Shown here: positions 1 to 8,006 of the stretch, in pieces
How positions within the stretch are numbered: position 1 is the stretch's first letter
How the letters are laid out: every line of letters begins with the position of its first letter
Origin: Candidatus Paracaedimonas acanthamoebae
GTDB lineage: Bacteria > Pseudomonadota > Alphaproteobacteria > Caedimonadales > Caedimonadaceae
DNA: 32,000 nucleotides
NCBI GenBank assembly: GCA_000743035.1
Contig: CP008936.1
Location: forward strand, 360,001-392,000
Reading direction: 5' to 3'
Position numbers and translations under genes: made by a program
The notes under the pieces: model-generated
Told to the model about the DNA's origin: nothing
The model's database searches: none
Seen by the model: only the letters and a program-made list of their open reading frames with translations

Positions 1-240
1 TTGATCCTCGCGTGTGTTGGCCTTGCAGGCATCTTATCGCAATTTTTTTATATTAAAGCCTTGAAGCTTGGAAAGCCTTCCTTTTTATCTCCATTTGAAT
101 ATACGCGCCTTCTGTTTGCGATTCTTGTGGGATCGTTATTTTTTCATGAGACTCTTGATCTATGGTCCTTGATGGGTGCTCTTGTTATTATTCTTGCGAC
201 ATTTTTTCTAAGTCGTATGGAAATAAATTCACAAAAATAA
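1..240 (+). CDS. EamA/DMT-family transporter, C-terminal fragment (5' end outside window)
   Basis: Open frame from the window edge. Two hydrophobic helices with an ...SPFEYTRLLFAILVGSLFFHE... pattern typical of the second EamA repeat. A hairpin terminator follows. Confidence 0.55.
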   Translation: MILACVGLAGILSQFFYIKALKLGKPSFLSPFEYTRLLFAILVGSLFFHETLDLWSLMGALVIILATFFLSRMEINSQK

Positions 241-330
241 TGCTTATTTTTCTTGATGATCTTGATAAATGTGAGCCTCTTAAAGCCTCCTCATTATTAT
301 AAATCTCCTGTTTGGCGTCATTCAAGAAAA

Positions 331-353
331 AGGCCTCAGGTTTTCTGAGGCCT
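331..353. terminator. Bidirectional rho-independent-type hairpin between convergent genes
   Basis: aggcctcag-gtttt-ctgaggcct forms a perfect 9-bp stem. It is flanked by an A-run upstream and a T-rich stretch downstream, between the stop at 240 (+) and the stop at 368 (-). Confidence 0.5.
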
Positions 354-367
354 TAGATTTTTAAGAA

Positions 368-646
368 TTAAAATGTTTGTTCAACAATTGAAAGGATGTC
401 ATTCTTCTTAATCCCGCTCGCCTTAGCATTCAAAAGCGCATATACTGAAAGATCACGGATGCCTTCTACGGTAAAACGAAACTCTTCAGATGTTTCTTTT
501 TGTTGTCTTAATAAACTCACCTCAGCTTTAAGGATGGTTGGTGCTGTATATTGGCCTTGTTTATTGCTAATGAGGGTAACAATTTCACCGTTAATTGTTT
601 TTAAAAGGATGCCTTTTAAAATAATATTATTAGAAAAGAAATCCAA
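368..646 (-). CDS. Hypothetical 92-aa protein (TTG start, no internal Met)
   Basis: Protein-like composition, unlike the overlapping + strand ORF. It lies 96 nt downstream of and co-oriented with the Pro-rich secreted protein gene, and is followed by the 331-353 hairpin. No clear Shine-Dalgarno sequence and no family recognised. Confidence 0.3.
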   Translation of the reverse strand: MDFFSNNIILKGILLKTINGEIVTLISNKQGQYTAPTILKAEVSLLRQQKETSEEFRFTVEGIRDLSVYALLNAKASGIKKNDILSIVEQTF

Positions 647-742
647 AACTTGTTTTTTTCGAGGAAAGCTTACTGCAGACTAAAGTTTTTTTGCGTTTTC
701 AAAAGCTAATTGTTCTTTATCAGAAACATCGATCTTTAGCAC

Positions 743-1585
743 TTAAGCAAAAGAAGGAGTTGAAGCATCAATGGTCTTTCTTTCTTCTTCCTTTTTTACA
801 TCTGCTTCTAAAGTGTCATAAGTCGTTTGATACTCTGGGCTTAAGACAACAACCTTTTGTTTAGACACAGAACTCTGTGCAGGCCCAGACCCTGGAGGAG
901 GAGGTGGTGGTGGTGGCGCAAAGCTAGATGATGGTATAGCTGCTGAGCTAGCGTTCGTCACACTTTGAAGAAGTTGGGAATTTTCTTCTGTTAATTTTTT
1001 AATAACAGCTTCGAGCTTTTGCATTTCCTCATTAGGTTGAGCTTTAATAGTGGAGATTAATTTTTTAAGTTGAGTGGAGTCAGCTGGTTCTAAGATGGCT
1101 TCAATGTTAAAAGTGTAGCTTTGTGCTAAAGGATTGTCACTAGTGAGCCACTTTTTGGCCTGAGTAATAAGTGCTTCATCATACTGAAAAGTAATAACGA
1201 CGCTGTTTTTTTTTAGGTCTGGAAAAGCATCAAGCACATTGAGAATTTGTTTTTTATTCGAGAAAACAGCATATGAGGAAGGGAGCATTGCTTTAAAGGC
1301 TTCTTTTATAGCTTGATCATTTTCCTCTGATTCACCAGGAACCCAAAAACGATAGCTTATACCATTAACAGTCACATGATTTTCTGTTTTTAATCCATTA
1401 AAAGCATTGCAAGCTAAATTATAAGGAGCATACTTTTTGATAATTGCTTGAATCTCTAATTGAGAGTCCACTTGAAGCTGAGAGGCGCTAGAGGAGGGAC
1501 TTTGCTTTTCCTCTTGATCATCACTCGCATACGAAATGCTGGCAAGACTGAGAAAAGCCTTGGTTAAGAGTAGATATTTCTTCAT
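743..1585 (-). CDS. Secreted (Sec signal peptide) protein with C-terminal poly-proline tract, no recognised family
   Basis: Start set at internal ATG 1583-1585 (Met107 of the 386-aa ORF). That Met is followed by a classic signal peptide, MKKYLLLTKAFLSLASISYA|SD, and preceded by AGGA. The C-terminal region contains FAPPPPPPPPGSGP, encoded at 893-916. Confidence 0.6.
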   Translation of the reverse strand: MKKYLLLTKAFLSLASISYASDDQEEKQSPSSSASQLQVDSQLEIQAIIKKYAPYNLACNAFNGLKTENHVTVNGISYRFWVPGESEENDQAIKEAFKAMLPSSYAVFSNKKQILNVLDAFPDLKKNSVVITFQYDEALITQAKKWLTSDNPLAQSYTFNIEAILEPADSTQLKKLISTIKAQPNEEMQKLEAVIKKLTEENSQLLQSVTNASSAAIPSSSFAPPPPPPPPGSGPAQSSVSKQKVVVLSPEYQTTYDTLEADVKKEEERKTIDASTPSFA

Positions 1586-1938
1586 GGTTAAGTGTCCTGC
1601 TAAAGTTAGGGGAATGGACTCTACACATTTTATATTTAGGAAACATTTTTGAACTTTTAAGTGCAATTTTTGACTGTAAGGGTTTGCAGAAAGGCATAAG
1701 TCGTTTATGAGATTCTTCTCATGATTTTCTCCGGAATAGCTTTTTGCACTTGATAATTCTCTTTCTTGTCGCTTTTTAAGTATTAGGTTTTTTCCTGTAA
1801 AAGAACTTCTAATGGCCCCTTTAATTTTCTGATAAATATTCTTATGTAGCATTTTTACCTCCTGTTGTTTTTTATCTTTGTTCCTTGTTATCCAAACCCT
1901 CATTTACCTCATCATGCTTTCCTTCCTTTCCCCCCATT

Positions 1939-2026
1939 TGCGCCTCTCACGTACGAGTGATGACTTTTTGGTACTTTTCAGCATCCCTTTGTTGCCTGAG
2001 ACCCCCGGCATAAGCCCGGGGATGAT
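1939..2026 (+). repeat. Repeat family A, copy 1 (88 nt)
   Basis: The head tgcgcctctcacg and the core ttcagcatc.ctttgttgcctgaga are shared with copy 2. Terminal hairpin ccccgg-cataagc-ccgggg, then gatga. Confidence 0.7.
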
Positions 2027-2037
2027 AGGATAAGGTG

Positions 2038-2105
2038 GTCATTCTCGGGCGTGTCCCGAGAATCTCAAGTAACCGATAGGTCTCACCCATCACCACTCGA
2101 TGCCT
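2038..2105 (+). repeat. Repeat family B, copy 1 (truncated, 68 nt)
   Basis: Starts gtcattctcggg-cgtgt-cccgagaat (perfect 9-bp stem). It continues ctcaagtaaccgataggtctcacc.atcaccactcgatgcct, matching copy 2. Confidence 0.7.
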
Positions 2106-2118
2106 GTCTTCTTCACAC

Positions 2119-2206
2119 TGCGCCTCTCACGCACAATGAGGACTCTTCTCTGGTACCTTTCAGCATCTCTTTGTTGCCTGAGATCCCCGCCTCCGCGGGG
2201 ATGACA
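2119..2206 (+). repeat. Repeat family A, copy 2 (88 nt)
   Basis: Roughly three-quarters identical to copy 1 by eye. It ends with the perfect hairpin atccccgc-ctcc-gcggggat followed by gaca. Confidence 0.75.
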
Positions 2207-2290
2207 ATGCAGAAGACGCTTATCCTCGGAGTTCCTTTCCAACATTCTTTCTAACATCCTTGCCAACGAGCACTCTCGTACCCAACTTGT

Positions 2291-2396
2291 GTCATCCTAG
2301 GCCTTGTGCCGAGGATCTCAAGCAACAGAAAGATCTCACCTACCACCACTCGATGCCTTTGGCCTTTCTTGGATCCCAGCCTCTGCGGGGATGACA
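2291..2396 (+). repeat. Repeat family B, copy 2 (full-length, 106 nt, MITE-like with inverted termini)
   Basis: The 5' end tgtcatcctaggcc and the 3' end gcggggatgaca are inverted relative to each other. There is one hairpin near each end and a central segment shared with B1 and B3. Confidence 0.7.
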
Positions 2397-2567
2397 AGAA
2401 ACAAGTCAGGGCTGACAAAAGAAAGGATTTTTCCTCTATCGGAGCCTTTCCATGACTTTCCTCGTTTCAAAAGGTAAAACCAGAAAAATTATCCTCTCGT
2501 TGTCACTAACTTCACGCCTTTCCTTTCCTAACTCCTACCTCTCACGCACTTGCTCCTCTCCCTGGCC

Positions 2568-2640
2568 CGTGCCTCTCACACATGGTTGAGGACTTCCTGT
2601 CCGTCCCCTTATTTGTTATTCCCGCGAAGGCGGGTCCATC
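2568..2640 (+). repeat. Repeat family A, copy 3 (divergent)
   Basis: The head cgtgcctctcacacatggttgaggacttcct aligns to the A2 head. The tail hairpin is replaced by cccgc-gaag-gcggg. Confidence 0.5.
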
Positions 2641-2656
2641 CTCTGCTTTTCGCAAA

Positions 2657-2740
2657 CGTGCCTCTCAAGCGCACTTGGGACCTTCTGGCACCTATGCACA
2701 TCCTCTGGTTGCCTGAGATCCCCGCCTCCGCAAGGATGAC
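2657..2740 (+). repeat. Repeat family A, copy 4
   Basis: Head cgtgcctctcaagcgcac. The tail ggttgcctgagatccccgcctccgcaaggatgac is nearly identical to the A2 tail, with the hairpin degraded by two substitutions. Confidence 0.65.
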
Positions 2741-2995
2741 CGTGTGGTCGATATGTCTCAAGTTCATCAGTTTTAATTCTTTTGTTTCCAATCATTTTTT
2801 CTTCCTCTTTTCTTTTGGTTATCTTGATGAAAGCAGGCGTTCCTCTTCTTCTTTCCAAACGCAGACTTTCCCTTTTTTCTTAAAAATCAAGATGTGGTTC
2901 CTCTTCATTTATTCCCCTCTCTTGCCTCTTAAGCTATCCTCACCAAGGCCAAAACCTTGTGAGAATTCTTTGTTATTTTTTCCTTTTCCAGTCTT

Positions 2996-3106
2996 GTCAT
3001 CCTCGGTCCTGTCCCGAGAATCCCAAGCAACCGAAAAATCTTTCATGTTACCTTTCATTACCTCTCAGCCTTTCTTGGATCCCCGCGTCTCGCCTCGACG
3101 TAGACA
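2996..3106 (+). repeat. Repeat family B, copy 3 (degenerate)
   Basis: gtcatcctcggtcctgtcccgagaatcccaagcaaccgaaaaatct aligns to the B2 5' half. gcctttcttggatcccc aligns to the B2 3' half. The terminal hairpin is decayed. Confidence 0.6.
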
Positions 3107-3414
3107 GGATCTCAGGGAGAACAAGAGAGAGGCTAGGAATGACAAACCAACACCTTTCAATCCTCCTTATTTTCCACCAAACCCTCTCCTTTTCCGTGCC
3201 CAACTCGGCCTTTTCATCAGGCAAAGAGAGAGCCTTCGCTCAAAAAGAGCGTTCATTGGCTTTTAATGAGCTTTTAGGGCTCAATTTTTAATCGGACGGA
3301 TGGAGGGAATTTTTGAAGAGGATTGAGAGCTTTTTTAAAGGCCCGCAAGGAAGTAAATTTCATCTCTGACCATCTACTAATAGGCTACCATATCATGATA
3401 CAAAAATCAAGAAA

Positions 3415-3434
3415 ATTCGATTGAATAATCGAAT
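3415..3434. promoter_or_regulatory. Perfect 20-bp palindrome, candidate operator upstream of the channel gene
   Basis: ATTCGATT-GAAT-AATCGAAT, with perfectly complementary 8-nt arms. It sits about 160 nt upstream of ATG 3593 in an AT-rich intergenic region. Confidence 0.2.
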
Positions 3435-3592
3435 AAATAACTCATTAAAATCAAAGGCTTAAATTATAATTTTTGAGAATAAAAAGACTTATAAAATTAC
3501 TTATTAAAGTTAGATAAATTTCTGTATGGGGGCTTTAGTAAATGATTAACGATCATCTCATATACTGAATAATAGGAATTTAAAATGTTTTC

Positions 3593-4585
3593 ATGATGAT
3601 TTTAAAAAATGTATTAATTTTATTATGTGCTTTTCAAGCTTTAATGGTAAGCGCATGCACCGCTGAAGAGCCACCTCAACCACCGAAAATTTTTTATGTT
3701 AAGCCCACAAAAGACAAAGTTCTGATGGGTATTTATCCGGTTATGCTACATGATTTTGATTTATCCCATAATACCTTTAAAATGAGCTTTTATGCCTGGT
3801 GGCGCTCAAAAGATAAAGCGTATGCCCCTCATAAAACAGTAGAGATCACCAATGCTCTTGATTTTCAATCAAAGTTTGGAACATCTGGGAGATTTAAAGA
3901 TGAGTATTTTACCTATATTCGTTATTATGCAACCGTCTCTAAGGAGTGGGATATGCGCCATTTTCCCTTTGATCGTCAGCAACTTGTTGTCGCTTTAGAG
4001 GATTATGCAGACATCCAAAAAATTATTTTTACACCGGACAATGAACAGAGTGCCTTGCATTCAGAAATTAAGCTTAAAGGGTGGAAGGTTCTAGGTTTTC
4101 ATCTGAAAGACTCAATGACAACTTACGACACCAATTTTGGGGATCCTTCGACGAAGAAAGGTCAATACTCTCGCCTTTCATTTATCATTGATATTAAACG
4201 CGAAGGCGTCAGGTTATTTTTTAACTATTTTATTGGATTTTTGGTCTCTTTTTTCTTGTGTGCTGTTATTTATATTGTAGATCTCCGTGAGATTGGTGCC
4301 AGAACAAGTTTATCGCTTGGTGCGACGTTTACCGCGATTGGAAATAAATATATTCTTGATCAAGTCCTGCCGTTCACCACATCGTTTACCTTGGCAGATG
4401 CAATTCAATCCGCCACATTTGCAATGATTGTTGCAGCTGTTTCTATGATTGCTTATACAAACCAGCTCATTAAGTTGCAGCGTTACGAAGCCGCAGTTTT
4501 ATTCAGCGAGAGAATGGGCATTTGCGCAACTTTGGTCTACGCTTTATTTGTTTGCTATTATCTTTCTAAAGCAACAATTTCTTAA
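3593..4585 (+). CDS. Prokaryotic pentameric ligand-gated ion channel (Cys-loop receptor/GLIC-ELIC family) homologue with lipoprotein-type signal peptide
   Basis: N-terminal beta-rich domain of about 200 aa carrying the signature FPFDRQ loop (3962-3979). It is followed by four hydrophobic helices with a pore-lining M2-like ARTSLSLGATFTAIG segment and a short M3-M4 loop. Lipobox LMVSA-C at residues 17-22. Confidence 0.65.
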   Translation: MMILKNVLILLCAFQALMVSACTAEEPPQPPKIFYVKPTKDKVLMGIYPVMLHDFDLSHNTFKMSFYAWWRSKDKAYAPHKTVEITNALDFQSKFGTSGRFKDEYFTYIRYYATVSKEWDMRHFPFDRQQLVVALEDYADIQKIIFTPDNEQSALHSEIKLKGWKVLGFHLKDSMTTYDTNFGDPSTKKGQYSRLSFIIDIKREGVRLFFNYFIGFLVSFFLCAVIYIVDLREIGARTSLSLGATFTAIGNKYILDQVLPFTTSFTLADAIQSATFAMIVAAVSMIAYTNQLIKLQRYEAAVLFSERMGICATLVYALFVCYYLSKATIS

Positions 4586-4750
4586 TTGAGTCTTAGAGAT
4601 TGCTTTCCCATAGCCGAGTACGACGAGAATGAATGATAGCCTGATATTTTTCTTCTTTATGCGAGCAATAATTTTTTATCATGAGAAATTAGGCCACCAG
4701 ATTTACTTCAGATTCTAATTGCTCTTCTTCTCTCAACGTGCTCGAGATAT

Positions 4751-7687
4751 CTAAAAAAGATTTTTAAGCAGATCCTTCACAACTTTTTCTGGTTTTTGAG
4801 GAGCCTTCTCTTGGTCTGGCTGAGGCGGCTGTGTTCCCTGGTCTTGACCTAGAATAGAACCTAATACATCCCCAATTTTTCCCTTCCCTTTGGAAAGCTG
4901 ATCCATAACGCCTTTAAAAACATTCTGAATGAGATAATTCTGCAAAGCTTGTGTTTCAAGATTTCTGCGTGGGTCATCTAAAGGTCCTGTAAGATACATT
5001 TTAAAGGGGGGCAATTGAGGGTGGTCCGTCAACCGAAACTCTGTTGCAATATTCAGGAGGTAGCCAGGAAGATTAATCGTCCCTGTTGCTTGTCCGTTAC
5101 CACCATTGGCGATCAGCTGCATTGTCTGAATGGTTCCCATGCCATTCTTAAAAAGAATATCGCCATCAAAGCGTTGGAAAGTTGTTTGTCCTTTGGCCAT
5201 AAAGTTTGTCAGCAGGCCAAGTAAACCTTGAATATTGTTGACTTGTTTAAGGCGTTGGCTGATGGCCTGGAGATCAAACCCATTAATGATGCCGTCACGG
5301 GCATTCAGTTTAATAGGACCTGTAAGATTTGCGACAAGCTCATACATACTTTTCCCACGCGTGGAAAGGGTAGAATGAAGAGAAAATTTCCCGCCAACAA
5401 GCTTAATTTGCCCACTGTAATGAGCCGTCAAGTTTGCAAGATCTGCCTCTTTGAGATCAATGCCAAGGGCCAAGGTATTATCGGCTGTCATGCGGAAATT
5501 CCCTTGAAGTTTCCCCCCATAAATGGAGCCCGAGAGGGGTGCTTCGAGGATGCCATTTTGAACCTTTGAGGATACTTTTAAATTAGTAACGGTAATGTCT
5601 TTGCGTTTTAGTTTATGGATTATAACTTGCACGTCAGCTTCAAGATCTTTCAAAAAAGCAAAGCTGACAGGTTCTTTTGACCAAGTGTAATGAGCAGGAG
5701 GTGCCTTTAAAGCAACAAGCATAAACTGTGGCTCAGATAATGTGGACTGTCTGCTCTCAGACATCGCCATCAAAAGATCAAGATTAAGAGAGGTTGCTGT
5801 TAACGCTCCAACAAGTTTTGTCTTCTCATTTTTGCGATTAATATCAAGTTTTCCCGTAAGATTAATTCCTTGCCCTATAACAGCTTTAAAATCATCGACC
5901 ATGAACTGAGCTGCGTCTCCTGCAAGATGGGCGGTGATGGAAACAGCACCTTGGGGTGTCGCCGTGGTGGGTAGCTTTAAGAAAGTTCTTATATTCGGAT
6001 GGGTCGCATTTAATTTTAGATTAAAGACAGGAAGTGTCATTAGATTTTTGACGGTCCCTGATGTTCCAAGAGAAAGCCCATCAAGGGTTGTTTGAGTGTT
6101 GAGACGAAGATTCTCAAGATCCCCTGCGATTTGGCCTTTAAGGGACGCATTTCTGTAAGTACTTTTTGAAACAAAGCCAAGATCTACAAGCAATGCTCCT
6201 AAATTGGTTGTCTGACTATTAATATCAACAGTGAGAGTTGGCTTTTTATCGAGATTTTGAGCTTGTCCTTTCATGGCAAGCATTAATGTTCCAAGGTTCG
6301 TTTGAACATCAAAAACGAGGTTCTGAGCGTCTCCTTGAAGAGAACCGCGAAGTTGCCCTGCGCCTAAAGGTTTTTGGGTTTTCGTCCCAGCGCGAGGCAT
6401 AAAGTTCTCTACCTTTGGTGTTTTGAGATCAACTCGCACTAAAGGTGTTTTCTGGTTAAGTTTGTACGCAATCTCGCCTTGAAGTTGGGCATCTTGGAGG
6501 CCCAATAGAAGGTCACGAAGATGAAGCGTTTCATTAATAAGAGCATAGCGCGTAGAAATCAGGCATTTTCCTAAAAGATGGGGGGGAAGGTTTTTAGCAT
6601 CAATTTCGAGCCAAGATAACAAGTCATGCAAACGTTGAATATTGGCTTTTAGTTGGCCTTGGGTATCGTTTGTTTTTTGAATCACAGTAAAATCAATATT
6701 GCCTTGGCCTGGGAGGTTTTTAAGCTTGCCATCAATTTGAAGAATATTGCCGAGTGTTGCTGTAATTGTTCCATCCACTATCGTCTCATCAAGCTTAAAA
6801 TTCATGTTTTCTACTGCAACACGTGATGGGGTCACCATCAAACGTGCCTTAAGATAAATTTCCTTTCTCGTAAATTTAGGGAGATCAGTTTTACCTGTCA
6901 TTGCTTGTAAAGCTTTCACATCGAATTGACTCTCTATGCTTCCTTTAAATGATTGAGAAGATGACATATAAACGCCGATGACCTTCATGCGGCTATCGGC
7001 GAGGCGGAATTCTGCTTCGATGGGTTGAGAATCCGCTAATTTTCCTGCTTTAATGTCAAACTTTAGCGTTTGTTGTTGGAACTTGAGCTGCCCCTCTGCA
7101 GTATAGGGGCCTGTAAGTGATTGAAGTCGGGCCTCGAGGGAAAGATCTTTTATCGTCGTTTTCTGCTGACCATTACGATAAGTGATATAGGTATCCTCAA
7201 TACTAACCTTATCAACCCCTAAATCAAATGAAGGAGGAGGAGTCCTATCTTGAGGTGCTAAAGGAGAGGGAGTTGCTTTTTCAGTTGAGGAGGCTTTTTG
7301 CGGTGTTAAGTCCCAATTCATCGTCCCATCTGGAAGCTTTTCAAGTTCAATTCTTGCGTCTTTAAGATTGATTTTAGTGATATGAATTCTTTTTTGCAGC
7401 AAGGGAAGAAGAGCAGCTTTTACAGACGCTTTTTCAAAGGTGATAAGGTGGGGGGTATGGGCTTGAGGATGGTTTGTTAACTTCACTTGGTGAAGCGTAA
7501 GAGCTGGTGAAGGAAATAACGAGAGTTGGATAGGTCCTTCAATTACAAGGTCTCTGCCAATGGCTTCTTTTGCTTTAGCATTAATTTCGCTTTTATACTG
7601 ATTTACATCAATAAATAAGGGGAGTATGAGAGCAAGACTGATCAAAACCCCAAAAATTGCTAGAAGACTATAAACTATCCGTTTCAT
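4751..7687 (-). CDS. asmA: AsmA-family outer-membrane biogenesis/lipid-transport protein (978 aa)
   Basis: Single N-terminal TM anchor followed by the typical AsmA opening ...LILPLFIDVNQYKSEINAKAKEAIGRDLVIEG...LSLFPSPALTL.... Long repetitive beta-rich body. GGAG lies 7 nt upstream of the ATG. Confidence 0.75.
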   Translation of the reverse strand: MKRIVYSLLAIFGVLISLALILPLFIDVNQYKSEINAKAKEAIGRDLVIEGPIQLSLFPSPALTLHQVKLTNHPQAHTPHLITFEKASVKAALLPLLQKRIHITKINLKDARIELEKLPDGTMNWDLTPQKASSTEKATPSPLAPQDRTPPPSFDLGVDKVSIEDTYITYRNGQQKTTIKDLSLEARLQSLTGPYTAEGQLKFQQQTLKFDIKAGKLADSQPIEAEFRLADSRMKVIGVYMSSSQSFKGSIESQFDVKALQAMTGKTDLPKFTRKEIYLKARLMVTPSRVAVENMNFKLDETIVDGTITATLGNILQIDGKLKNLPGQGNIDFTVIQKTNDTQGQLKANIQRLHDLLSWLEIDAKNLPPHLLGKCLISTRYALINETLHLRDLLLGLQDAQLQGEIAYKLNQKTPLVRVDLKTPKVENFMPRAGTKTQKPLGAGQLRGSLQGDAQNLVFDVQTNLGTLMLAMKGQAQNLDKKPTLTVDINSQTTNLGALLVDLGFVSKSTYRNASLKGQIAGDLENLRLNTQTTLDGLSLGTSGTVKNLMTLPVFNLKLNATHPNIRTFLKLPTTATPQGAVSITAHLAGDAAQFMVDDFKAVIGQGINLTGKLDINRKNEKTKLVGALTATSLNLDLLMAMSESRQSTLSEPQFMLVALKAPPAHYTWSKEPVSFAFLKDLEADVQVIIHKLKRKDITVTNLKVSSKVQNGILEAPLSGSIYGGKLQGNFRMTADNTLALGIDLKEADLANLTAHYSGQIKLVGGKFSLHSTLSTRGKSMYELVANLTGPIKLNARDGIINGFDLQAISQRLKQVNNIQGLLGLLTNFMAKGQTTFQRFDGDILFKNGMGTIQTMQLIANGGNGQATGTINLPGYLLNIATEFRLTDHPQLPPFKMYLTGPLDDPRRNLETQALQNYLIQNVFKGVMDQLSKGKGKIGDVLGSILGQDQGTQPPQPDQEKAPQKPEKVVKDLLKNLF

Positions 7688-7728
7688 AATTCACTCCGCG
7701 TGTAATATATTTGATATTGTAGCGTTAG

Positions 7729-7995
7729 ATGTTAATGTTCACAATAAATGAAATGATTGAATTTATGAATAAAATTAAAACTTATGCTGGGGAGATTTCT
7801 TCCTTGGGGCCTAAATTTTTGCAAGAGTCAGAGGAGAATTGGCTTAATTGTGGGGATCTGGGAGGATACGCCTTGGGAGCCTTGCGAATGGGGAATAAGC
7901 ATATCCTCTTTGATGCATCGAGCCCTGTTTATTCTAAAATTATAGCGATTGCCGCGCAATATGATGCCCATGTGCGCCCTATAAAGGAAAGCTGA
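7729..7995 (+). CDS. Hypothetical 88-aa protein
   Basis: ORF with plausible composition, lying just upstream of and co-oriented with the permease gene. No Shine-Dalgarno sequence at any of the three N-terminal Met codons. No family recognised. Confidence 0.3.
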   Translation: MLMFTINEMIEFMNKIKTYAGEISSLGPKFLQESEENWLNCGDLGGYALGALRMGNKHILFDASSPVYSKIIAIAAQYDAHVRPIKES

Positions 7996-8006
7996 GGTAA
8001 ACGACC

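Larger units (their letters stand above)
1905..3300 (+). repeat. Non-coding nest of degenerate hairpin-bearing MITE/REP-like repeats (two families, all same orientation)
   Basis: Family A and B copies are listed separately. The + strand is strongly C+T rich. ORFs called here are low-complexity S/P/L/F-rich and read straight through the hairpins. Confidence 0.7.

Noticed and set aside
396-683. + strand 95-aa ORF overlapping the 92-aa minus-strand ORF
   Set aside because: The product is Cys/Trp/Arg-rich and unlike a protein. It runs head-on from within the convergent terminator region. The minus-strand frame is more plausible, though itself weak.
1586-1903. N-terminal 106-codon extension of the 743-1903 ORF
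   Set aside because: The extension is basic and of odd composition. A canonical signal peptide begins exactly at internal Met107, which has an AGGA upstream. The open frame upstream is probably fortuitous.
1939-3106. Possibility that the repeated units form a CRISPR array
   Set aside because: Units are 68-111 nt, belong to two different families, are degenerate, and are spaced irregularly (about 10 to 600 nt). There are no uniform spacers and no cas genes in the window.
2051-3291. ORF-track frames 2051-2254, 2550-3266 and 2959-3291 (+) and 2609-2791 and 2616-2858 (-)
   Set aside because: They run through the repeat and hairpin units; the same hairpin translates twice as LPEIPASAGMT/LPEIPASARMT. 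They are low-complexity S/P/L/F/R-rich, overlap each other and lack ribosome-binding sites. I treat them as artefacts of pyrimidine-skewed non-coding DNA.
5015-5569. + strand ORFs 5015-5224 and 5228-5569 inside asmA
   Set aside because: They are antisense to a long continuous 978-aa AsmA frame, lack RBS and have no recognisable domains.
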